Shown here: positions 41,729 through 50,052 of the stretch, one piece after another
Position numbering within the stretch: position 1 is the stretch's first letter
How the letters are laid out: every line of letters begins with the position of its first letter
Source: an uncultured Actinomycetota bacterium
GTDB taxonomy: Bacteria; Actinomycetota; Actinomycetes; JAHEKZ01
Assembly (NCBI GenBank): GCA_963743915.1
Contig: CAVURN010000005.1
Span: 192,001-256,000 of the forward strand
DNA length: 64,000 bases
Reading direction: 5' to 3'
Program-made: the position numbers and the translations under genes
Notes under the pieces: model-generated
Seen by the model: only the letters and a program-made list of their open reading frames with translations
Databases searched by the model: none
What the model was told of the DNA's origin: nothing

Positions 41729-43333
41729 TCAGACCTTGGAACGCTCCAAGGGGGGTTCGGCGTCGGTGGTTTTGAATTGGGCGATGGAGGAGCGACAGGT
41801 CGGCGGCGAGGGTGTTCAGCTCGGTCGCGGCGGCGGCGGCCTGCTTGGAGCCGACCGCGTACTGCCGGGACACATCAGCGACCTGACCCATCGCCGAGAC
41901 CACCTGCTCCGACGCCGACCTTTGCTGCTGGGTCGCAATGGAAATCTCTTTGGCCGCAGTGGTCGTCTCATCGACCATCCCAGAGATCTTCTCCAACGCC
42001 CCCACCACATCCCGCGCCAACGCCGACCCCGCATGCACCTGCCGCGACCCCTCCTCAGAGGCCACGATCGTCGCGTTCGTCTCCGCCTGGATCTGCGTCA
42101 CGATCGACTGGATCTGCCCCGCCGACTCCTGCGACCGCTCCGCCAACTTCCGGATCTCCGCCGCCACCACCGCAAACCCCCGACCATGCTCCCCCGCCCG
42201 AGCCGCCTCGATCGCCGCATTCAACGCCAACAAATTCGTCTGATCAGCCAACTCATCAATCACCTGCAAAATCCGGCCGATCTCCTGACCCTTCTCCCCC
42301 AACCCCAACGCCCGCGACGCAATCACATCCACCCGAGCCGCGATCTGATCCATCGACTCCACCGACGCCGACACCGCCACCTGACCCTGCTCAGCAAACC
42401 CCAACGTCTCCGACGCGAACGCCGCCACCTGCTCAGCCGTCTCCGCGATCTGCGCCGCCGTCGCCGCCAACTCCTCAATCGTCGCGCTCGTCTCCGCCAC
42501 CGCCGAGGACTGCTGCGACGCAGCAGCCGCCTGCTCCCGAGCCGCCACCAACACCTGAGACGCCGCCGCCCCAATCCGCTCCCCACCCGACCGCACCCCA
42601 GCCACCAACCCCCGCAACGACCCCACGGTTCGGTCGAGTGCGTGACCAAGCTCGTCGAGCTGCTCGGCCCGTGCTCCCACGTCGTCGCGCAGCGTCCAGG
42701 TGTTCGCCTCACGGTGACCGTCAGGTCGCCCTCGGCGGTCTCGACGAGCACGCGGGAGAGCTCCTCCACCCGGCTGCTGACCGCCGCCTCGAGCTGTTCG
42801 GCGGTGAAGCGCTCGGCATACAGGTCCGAGGCATAGAAGTAGACGACACCGACCAGGAAGGTCAGCGTGGCGCCGACGAGCAGACCGGTCTGCCAGTGGT
42901 CGGTCCAGGTGTCGGAGTACCAGCCGGCGATTCCGACCGAGGCACCCACCAGCAGGAGCCCACCGCGCAGCGAGTAGCCCAGCTCCACCGACATCCCCAG
43001 GTAGGGCGCCCACAGGAAAGCGAGAAAGAGGGTCGGCGCCGCCAGCCCGCCGGTGACGGCCACCAGGACGGCGACGAGCAGGATGCTCACGTACGTGGTG
43101 ACGCTCTCCCAGCGCATCGTGTCGACGAGTGACTGCCCCTGGTGAACGGCGCGCACCGCGAGTCCGGTGACCGACAGCGCGTTCGCCAGCAGCAGGCCGA
43201 CCGTGACGGCAGCACCCAGCCGGTGGGCGTCGGTGTCGATCGTCGACCACGCCATCCAGGTCGTCAGGACGGCCGCCAGCAGGACGATCCAGTGCTGGCC
43301 ACTCGACTCGATGCTGTTACGACGGGTGTACAC
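41729..43333 (-). CDS. Methyl-accepting chemotaxis protein 5; indels near 42710 and 41793
   Basis: TM region in ORF 42323..43333, signalling domain in ORF 41316..43250; GAGGAGG RBS; corrected frame ends [15 protein letters not shown]. Confidence 0.85.
41759..42625 (-). repeat. MCP signalling cassette, copy 5 of 5
   Basis: Direct sequence comparison with the other copies. Confidence 0.95.
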
Positions 43334-43362
43334 CGCGCCTCCTCGTGGGGTGAAGGGACGGG

Positions 43363-43869
43363 TCAGACAGCCGCTCGACGCGCTGACGGAAGCTGGTCGC
43401 GCAGACGCAGGACCGCCTCGGTCGCGAGCAGCGCGACCGGACCGTCGACGTCCACGACCCCCTGCACGAGGGGTGCGATACCGGTCGCGATGGTCGCGGG
43501 GATCGGCTCGAGCGCGTTGGGGTCACAGTCGAGCAGGCCCGGCACCATGTCCGCGACGAGACCGACCTCGACGTCGTCCTCGGACAGCACGACGAGGCGG
43601 GCACTCGTGGGCATCGGCGACAGCGGTGCCCCCACAAGCGGCCGCAGGTCGACCACGGGCAGGACGCGCCCGCGCCAGTTCACGACGCCGGAGAGCCAAG
43701 CCGGGGCGCCGGGAACGCGGGTCACGACGGGGACCGGGACCACCTCGGCGACGCTGGCCATGTCCACGGCATAACGGGCTCCGGCGAAGCGCAGGATCAC
43801 CCCGCCGATCGGCGCGACGTGCTCGTCGGCCTCGGCGGCGTCGGCAAGGCTGGTCGGTGCTGACTCCAC
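43363..43869 (-). CDS. cheW: CheW coupling protein
   Basis: YAVDMASVAEVV...TRVPGAPAWLSGVVNWRGRVLPVVDLR...VGLVAD. Confidence 0.93.
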   Translation of the reverse strand: MESAPTSLADAAEADEHVAPIGGVILRFAGARYAVDMASVAEVVPVPVVTRVPGAPAWLSGVVNWRGRVLPVVDLRPLVGAPLSPMPTSARLVVLSEDDVEVGLVADMVPGLLDCDPNALEPIPATIATGIAPLVQGVVDVDGPVALLATEAVLRLRDQLPSARRAAV

Positions 43870-43878
43870 GGACAGACC

Positions 43879-43905
43879 ATCGGCCGTCCGGGTGACGACC
43901 TGAAG
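43879..43905 (-). promoter_or_regulatory. sigma28-like promoter (cheW-MCP5), probably leaderless
   Basis: CTTCAG-N15-GCCGAT, 9 nt before in-frame GTG. Confidence 0.7.
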
Positions 43906-43913
43906 TGCCGAGA

Positions 43914-45857
43914 TCAGGAGCGCGCGGGGGCCTTCCCGGGCTCCCGGAGGTCGATCACCTGATCCGTCGAGGCCCCCTGGGCCTCGAGGAGGATGTCCGT
44001 GATCTCCCGGCCGATCAGCTCCTCGCGCTCGAGCAGGGCGTCGCGGAGGGCCTCGACGAGGTGGGTGTTCTCCTCGAGGAGCGCCTTGACGACGACCTTT
44101 TGCTCCTGGAGGAGGTCCTCGACAGCGGCTCGGCCGGATCCGTCGGCCAGCACGCGTCCGACGATGTTGCTGTCGTTGAAGGCGCTGTTCTGCACCGCCG
44201 CGAACGAGATCAGCGAGTCGAGCATCCCGCACGAGCCCACCATCTCGGCTGCGACGTTCGTGGCATACAGGAGGTCTCCCCCCGGGCCGGTCGACACGTC
44301 ACCGAAGAAGATCTCCTCCGAGCACTGACCGCCGAGGGCGATCTGGATGAGGGCCAGCATCTCGGAGCGTGACCTCGTGTAGACCTCTTCGGCGTCACCG
44401 TGCGCCAACATGCCGAGCGCCGAACGCCGCTTGACGATGGTGAGGACCTCCAGGCGGCGCTCCGGCGCCACCAGGAAGGCAGCCGTCGCATGGCCGGCCT
44501 CATGAGTGGCGATGAGCCGTCGTTCGTGGTCGGTGTAGGACACGGGCTGCCCCATGCCGACCTCTTCGACCAGCCGCGCCCGCTCGACGTCCTTCCACGT
44601 CATCGCCGAGTCACCCCGGCGAACCGCGTTCACCAGCGCCTCGTCGAGCAGGTGCTCGATCATCACCGGCGTGTACCCCTGGGTGGCACCGGCGAGCGAG
44701 TCCCGCCTGTCGTCGTCGTCCAGCTCCGCGTTGTGCGACTTGAGGGCCAGGTAGTGGTCGATGATCTCGCGGCGCCCGTTCTTGGTGGGCAGCTCGAAGG
44801 TGAGCCGGCGGTCGAAACGTCCAGGACGCAGGAGCGCGGGGTCGAGGTTGTCCGCGCGGTTGGTCGCGGCGATGAGCAGGATGTTGGTCGGCGGCGGCTC
44901 CGGACGCTGCATCTGCCGGTGAGCGGGCAGGTACAGGTTGGCCCTGTCCACCACCTTGGTCATCAGCTTCTGCCAGCCGGTCGGCTCGTCGAACGACTGC
45001 ATCTGCACGAGCAGCTCGTTGACCACACCACCCACGCCCTCGCTCACCACCGACGCGTTGGTCACCAGCCCGGCCGGCGTCCCGTAGCTGGAAGGCAGCG
45101 ACGTCAGGCCCCCGCACGCCTGGATGCCGAGCGACGCCAGCGACTGCGGCATCGAGGTCGCCGACAGACCCCCTCGGGCCATCGCGATGGCGTCGATCTC
45201 CTCGATGAAGCCGATCGCACCACCTTCCGATCGGGCCACCTTGCGCAGCTGCTTGAAGTACGAGCGGATCTTCCGGGCGGTCGCCCCGTAGTACATCGAC
45301 TGGAAGGACGTGGCGGACACGAACATGAAGGGCACGCCGGCCTCGCGAGCCATGGCCTTGGCGAGGAAGGTCTTGCCGGTGCCGGGGGCCCCTTCGAAGA
45401 GGAGTCCCCGCCGCGGCGTCCCGCCCATGTCGTTGGCGAAGGTGCGGTGGGCCAGGAACAGGTTGAGCGAGCGGACGACCTCCTCCTTGACCGGATCGAT
45501 GCCCTTGACGTCGTCCAGCCGGGTGGCGATCTGCTCGGGCCGGTACAGGACGTGTGGCGAGCGGCCCGCGCCGACCGTGGTTCCGACCAGGATCAGCAGC
45601 AGCGCACCGAAGAAGAGGATGGGAACGAGCAGGTACGCGTCGATGCTCGGCAGGCCCCAGCCCACCGGGTCGCCGGTGACGATCCGGTACCACAGGTAGG
45701 CGGCGGGGATCCCGAGCATCACCGCGAGGCTGCGCAGGCGGCGGCGACGGCGCTGCTCACGGGTGGCACCGACGTCGGCGTCGCGTGCGGTCAGCACCGT
45801 GGCGCTTCCCAGGCCCGTCGGCTTCTCCACCAGCTGATCACGCTCGGTGTCGGACAC
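43914..45857 (-). CDS. FtsH-like membrane AAA+ zinc metalloprotease paralog
   Basis: Two TM helices, GAPGTGKT, AATNRADNLDPALLRPGRFDR, HEAGH; GAAGGAGG RBS before GTG. Confidence 0.88.
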   Translation of the reverse strand: MSDTERDQLVEKPTGLGSATVLTARDADVGATREQRRRRRLRSLAVMLGIPAAYLWYRIVTGDPVGWGLPSIDAYLLVPILFFGALLLILVGTTVGAGRSPHVLYRPEQIATRLDDVKGIDPVKEEVVRSLNLFLAHRTFANDMGGTPRRGLLFEGAPGTGKTFLAKAMAREAGVPFMFVSATSFQSMYYGATARKIRSYFKQLRKVARSEGGAIGFIEEIDAIAMARGGLSATSMPQSLASLGIQACGGLTSLPSSYGTPAGLVTNASVVSEGVGGVVNELLVQMQSFDEPTGWQKLMTKVVDRANLYLPAHRQMQRPEPPPTNILLIAATNRADNLDPALLRPGRFDRRLTFELPTKNGRREIIDHYLALKSHNAELDDDDRRDSLAGATQGYTPVMIEHLLDEALVNAVRRGDSAMTWKDVERARLVEEVGMGQPVSYTDHERRLIATHEAGHATAAFLVAPERRLEVLTIVKRRSALGMLAHGDAEEVYTRSRSEMLALIQIALGGQCSEEIFFGDVSTGPGGDLLYATNVAAEMVGSCGMLDSLISFAAVQNSAFNDSNIVGRVLADGSGRAAVEDLLQEQKVVVKALLEENTHLVEALRDALLEREELIGREITDILLEAQGASTDQVIDLREPGKAPARS

Positions 45858-45961
45858 CGCGCCTCCTTCGCCCCTGCGCCCGGCCCCGCCATCACCGAGC
45901 GTCACGATGGTGCCCACTCTCCCCCAGCGTCAGCGAGCGCGACAGTGGGCGGAAGGGGGCG

Positions 45962-46876
45962 TCACCCGGTCGGCGTAAGGCCGGCGAACAGGTCGTGCTC
46001 GAGGCCGTCGTCACCGGTCGGCCCCAAGGTGCCGCGGGCCAGCCGGAAGTACTCCACGCCCATGGCTTCCGGACCGGCGAGCTCGGACAGCCGGAAGAAG
46101 TCGTTCTCGGTCCCCACCTGACTGAGATGTTCCCGAAGGGCGGCGATCTTGACCGGCTCGTGCTCCAGCGCTCGCACTCGGGTGGTGACCCACACGTCGT
46201 CCAGTGCCCAGTCGAGCTCCTGGCCCTCTTCGAGTCCGAAGAAGCCCTGACCCCCGGCGGCGACGAAGGCGTCGATGCCCTGCTGAACGGCGGACTGGGG
46301 CAGCGCCGTCCAGTACAGCTTGGACACCTCCCACGCGTCACCCAGCTCGGGGCGGAACGACGGGACCGCCGCCAGCAGCAACGCGTAGCTGGTCACCCGG
46401 TGTGCCTGGATGTGGTCCGGGTGGCCGTACTGACCGAAGTCGTCGTAGGTGACGACCACCTGGGGCCGCACGCGCCGGATCGTGCTCACCAGGTGCGTCG
46501 CCGCCTCGAGCAGGTCGGCCTGCCAGAAGCAGTCGGGGCGGTCGTTGGTGGGCAGACCCATCATTCCCGAGTCGCGGTAGCGCCCGGGGCCTCCGAGGTA
46601 CTCGTGGTCGGTGACGCCGAGAGCGGCCAGCGCCGAAGCCAGCTCGACGCGGCGGTGCCCACCCAGCTCGTCCCGTTCGTGCGCGGCCAGATGCCCCAGC
46701 TCGGGGACGAGGACCTCGCCCTCTTCACCCAGGGTGCAGGTGACCAGCGCCACGTGGGCTCCCTCGGTGACGTACTTCGCCATCGTCACACCGGTTCCGA
46801 TGGTCTCGTCGTCCGGATGCGCGTGGACGAGGAGCAGGCGGCGGTCGGCGGTCGGCACCGACGGGGAGGAAGACAT
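45962..46876 (-). CDS. mshB: GlcNAc-Ins deacetylase (mycothiol biosynthesis)
   Basis: LLLVHAHPDDET, TCTLGEEGEV, RYRDSGMMG, YGHPDHIQAH; near typA as in other actinobacteria. Confidence 0.88.
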   Translation of the reverse strand: MSSSPSVPTADRRLLLVHAHPDDETIGTGVTMAKYVTEGAHVALVTCTLGEEGEVLVPELGHLAAHERDELGGHRRVELASALAALGVTDHEYLGGPGRYRDSGMMGLPTNDRPDCFWQADLLEAATHLVSTIRRVRPQVVVTYDDFGQYGHPDHIQAHRVTSYALLLAAVPSFRPELGDAWEVSKLYWTALPQSAVQQGIDAFVAAGGQGFFGLEEGQELDWALDDVWVTTRVRALEHEPVKIAALREHLSQVGTENDFFRLSELAGPEAMGVEYFRLARGTLGPTGDDGLEHDLFAGLTPTG

Positions 46877-46911
46877 GGAGCCGACTGTACGACTGCTGGT
46901 TGGATGGAGGA

Positions 46912-49008
46912 ATGACGCACCCCGCTGGTGACAGCTTCCCCCGCCAGAACGCCCGGACTCAGCGCTTCACGCTCGGTCGGCCGAGATCGTTCTCGGTGTC
47001 GGAGGACGGCAGCACCGTGCTGTTCGTGCGCTCCGCTTCAGGCTCGGACCGGAGTGGACGTCTGTGGCGCTGGACGGCTGCCGACGGCGAGGTCGAGCTC
47101 GTGGACCCCGGCACCCTGCTGTCCGGGGACCACGAGCAGCTCAGCCCCGAGGAGCGGGCCCGACGTGAGCGGGCCCGCGAGGCCGCTGGGGGGATCGTGG
47201 CCTACACGGTGGACCGGTCCTTCGCCCGTGCTGCCTTCACTCTCTCCGGTCGGCTCTTCGTGACCGACATCGCCGACGGAAAGACGCAGGAGCTGCCCAC
47301 CAGCTCTCCAGTGATCGACCCGCGGATCGATCCCACCGGGCAGCGCCTCGCCTATGTCGCCGGAGGTCGCCTCTCCGTCGTCGAGCTCGCCGACGGCACG
47401 GCGCGCACCGTGACCCCCGAGGAGGGCTCGGACACGGTCAGCTGGGGCATGGCCGACTTCGTCGCAGCCGAGGAGCTCGACCGAAGTCGCGGGTTCTGGT
47501 GGTCTCCGGACGGCAGCCGGCTGCTCGTGCAGCGGACGGACGAGGCGGAGGTCACCACCTGGCACGTCAGCAACCCTGCCGACCCCACCGCGCCGGCGGT
47601 CCCGCACCGCTATCCCGCGGCCGGTTCCGCCAATGCCAGCGTCTCACTGTGGGTGGTACCTCTCGAAGGTGAGCCGGTTGCCGTCGACCTCCCGGACGGA
47701 GCCGAGTACGTCGCGACCGTCCACTGGGGCGAGGGCGGCCTGCCGATCGTGTCCGTCCTCGACCGGGCCCAGCAGCGCATGACCTGGCTGGCCGTCTTCC
47801 CGGACGACGGCAGCACCCGCGCGGTGCGCACGGTCACCGACCCGGCGTGGGTCGACGTCGTCCCCGGGACGGGCTGCTGGGACGCCGACGGCCGCCTGCT
47901 GACCGTCGAGGTGCGGGACGGTGACTATGCACTCTGCTCCGACGGGGAGCGTCGCAGCCCGGCTGGACTCCAGGTACGCGCCATCCTCGACGTCGGCGAG
48001 GACGTGCTCGTCCAGGCGTCGGCGGACCCGGGCGACCAGCAGGTGTGGCGGATGTCTGCGCACGGTGCCGAGATCCTCACCGCGGCACCCGGGTGGCATC
48101 TCGCGGCGCGGGGCGGCTCGACCGTCGTGACGGTGGCCGCCACCCTCGAAGAGCCGCTGCCCGTCACCACGATCGACGATGGGGAGACGCAGCACCAGGT
48201 GGCGTCCTTCGCGGAGCTCCCGCTGCTCGAGCCACGCGTGACCTTGCTCCCCGCGCAACCCGACCAACCCCGCGTCGCCGTGGTGATGCCGACCGACTGG
48301 CAGCCGGGGAGCGGGAAGCTCCCCGTGCTGCTGGATCCGTACGGCGGCCCGCACTTCGCCAGCGTGATGCACCACCAAGGCGCCTTCCGCGAGAGCCAGT
48401 GGTTCGCCGACCAGGGCTTTGCGGTGGTGGTGGTCGATGGTCGAGGTACGCCAGGGACGCCGGCCTGGGAACGCGCCGTCCGGTACGACGTGGCCTCCGT
48501 CGTGCTCGAGGACCAGGTGACCGGCCTCCACGCAGCTGCGCACGCGTTTCTGGACCTCGATCTCGACCGGGTGGCGATCCGGGGCTGGTCGTTCGGCGGG
48601 TACCTCGCGGCGATGGCCGTCATCGATCGGCCGGACGTGTTCCACGCCGCCGTCTCGGGCGCTCCGGTCACCGACTGGCGGCTCTACGACACGGGCTACA
48701 CCGAGCGCTACCTCGGTCTGCCCGACGACAACCCCGAGGTGTATGCGCGCACCGGTCTCCTCGAGCGCGCACCCGGCCTCTCCCGGCCGCTCCAGCTGAT
48801 CCACGGGTTCGCCGACGACAACGTCTTCGTCGCGAACACCCTGAAGCTCTCACAGGCGCTCACCGAGCACGGGCGCCCGCACGAGGTCGTGCCGCTGACC
48901 GGCATCACGCACATGGCCACGCAGGAACAGGTGGCCGAGAACCTGATGCTGCTGCAGGTCGACTTCCTGCGCCGGGCGCTCAGCCTGCCGGGAGCCGCGT
49001 CAGGCTGA
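46912..49008 (+). CDS. S9-family dipeptidyl/prolyl oligopeptidase
   Basis: YGGPH, GWSFGG nucleophile, YDTGYTERYLG, HGFADDNV, THM. Confidence 0.92.
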   Translation: MTHPAGDSFPRQNARTQRFTLGRPRSFSVSEDGSTVLFVRSASGSDRSGRLWRWTAADGEVELVDPGTLLSGDHEQLSPEERARRERAREAAGGIVAYTVDRSFARAAFTLSGRLFVTDIADGKTQELPTSSPVIDPRIDPTGQRLAYVAGGRLSVVELADGTARTVTPEEGSDTVSWGMADFVAAEELDRSRGFWWSPDGSRLLVQRTDEAEVTTWHVSNPADPTAPAVPHRYPAAGSANASVSLWVVPLEGEPVAVDLPDGAEYVATVHWGEGGLPIVSVLDRAQQRMTWLAVFPDDGSTRAVRTVTDPAWVDVVPGTGCWDADGRLLTVEVRDGDYALCSDGERRSPAGLQVRAILDVGEDVLVQASADPGDQQVWRMSAHGAEILTAAPGWHLAARGGSTVVTVAATLEEPLPVTTIDDGETQHQVASFAELPLLEPRVTLLPAQPDQPRVAVVMPTDWQPGSGKLPVLLDPYGGPHFASVMHHQGAFRESQWFADQGFAVVVVDGRGTPGTPAWERAVRYDVASVVLEDQVTGLHAAAHAFLDLDLDRVAIRGWSFGGYLAAMAVIDRPDVFHAAVSGAPVTDWRLYDTGYTERYLGLPDDNPEVYARTGLLERAPGLSRPLQLIHGFADDNVFVANTLKLSQALTEHGRPHEVVPLTGITHMATQEQVAENLMLLQVDFLRRALSLPGAASG

Positions 49009-50052
49009 CGGGTCGGCGATCAGGGAAGCGTCGCCAGCCTCTTCGCCCTGGATGACCGCCACGGTCTCCGGCTCCACCGGGAAGTGGCAGGCGACCTGGT
49101 GGCTCGGCGCCATCTCGCGCAGCACCGGCTTCTCCTGAGCACAGAGATCCTGCGCCCGGGGGCACCGGGTACGGAACACGCAGCCGCTCGGCGGGTCGAT
49201 CGGGCTCGGCAGGTCACCCTCGAGCAGGATTCGCTTCCGCCTGCGCTCGAGGTTCGGGTCCGGCACAGGGACAGCCGACAGCAGAGCGACCGTGTACGGG
49301 TGCCGCGGGTTGGCGTAGAGCTGGTCGGCGGGCGTGTACTCGACGATGTTGCCGAGGTACATGACGGCGACGCGGTCGGAGATGTGCCGGACCACCGACA
49401 GGTCGTGGGCGATGAACAGGTAGGCGATGCCGAACTCGTTCTGCACGTCCTCGAGCAGGTTGACCACCTGCGCCTGGATCGACACGTCGAGCGCCGAGAC
49501 CGGCTCGTCGCACACGATCAGCTTCGGCTGCAGGGCGACGGCGCGCGCGACACCGATCCGCTGACGCTGGCCGCCGGAGAACTCGTTGGGATACCGGTTG
49601 TAGTGCTCCGGGTTCAGGCCCACCCGCTCCATGAGCTCCTGGACGGTCCGCCGTAGACCGCCTTCGGGCTCGATGCCCTGGATCTTGAACGGCGCGCTGA
49701 TGATGGTGCCGACGGTGTGCCGCGGGTTCAGCGACGAGTACGGGTCCTGGAAGATCATCTGCATCTCGCGACGCAGCGGAACGAGCTCGCGCCGGGACAT
49801 GTGGGTGATGTCGCGGCCCATGAACTCGACGGTGCCGCCGGTGGGCTGCAGCAGGCGGAGCATCGCGCGTCCGGCCGTCGACTTGCCCGACCCGCTCTCC
49901 CCGACGAGTCCGAGGGTCTCACCGGCGTGGATCTCGAGGTCGATCCCGTCGACCGCCTTCACCTCACCGATGGTGCGCTTGAACACCACACCCTTCGTCA
50001 CGGGGAAATGCATGTGCAGACCCCGAGCCTGCATCACCGGCGCGTCACTCAT
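49000..50052 (-). CDS. oppF: Oligopeptide ABC transporter ATP-binding protein
   Basis: [29 protein letters not shown], oligo_HPY C-terminus. Confidence 0.9.
   Translation of the reverse strand: MSDAPVMQARGLHMHFPVTKGVVFKRTIGEVKAVDGIDLEIHAGETLGLVGESGSGKSTAGRAMLRLLQPTGGTVEFMGRDITHMSRRELVPLRREMQMIFQDPYSSLNPRHTVGTIISAPFKIQGIEPEGGLRRTVQELMERVGLNPEHYNRYPNEFSGGQRQRIGVARAVALQPKLIVCDEPVSALDVSIQAQVVNLLEDVQNEFGIAYLFIAHDLSVVRHISDRVAVMYLGNIVEYTPADQLYANPRHPYTVALLSAVPVPDPNLERRRKRILLEGDLPSPIDPPSGCVFRTRCPRAQDLCAQEKPVLREMAPSHQVACHFPVEPETVAVIQGEEAGDASLIADPSA

Noticed and set aside
34327-42625. Repeats as CRISPR array, diversity-generating retroelement or IS copies
   Set aside because: Repeats are ~860-bp in-frame MCP coding segments; no cas, reverse transcriptase, transposase or recombinase gene, no terminal inverted repeats and no adenine-specific variation seen
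34344-43132. Long Pro-rich and Arg/His-rich plus-strand ORFs (e.g. 34344..35294, 38368..39510, 41777..43132)
   Set aside because: Antisense shadows of the G/T-skewed MCP cassette, with no RBS or recognisable domain
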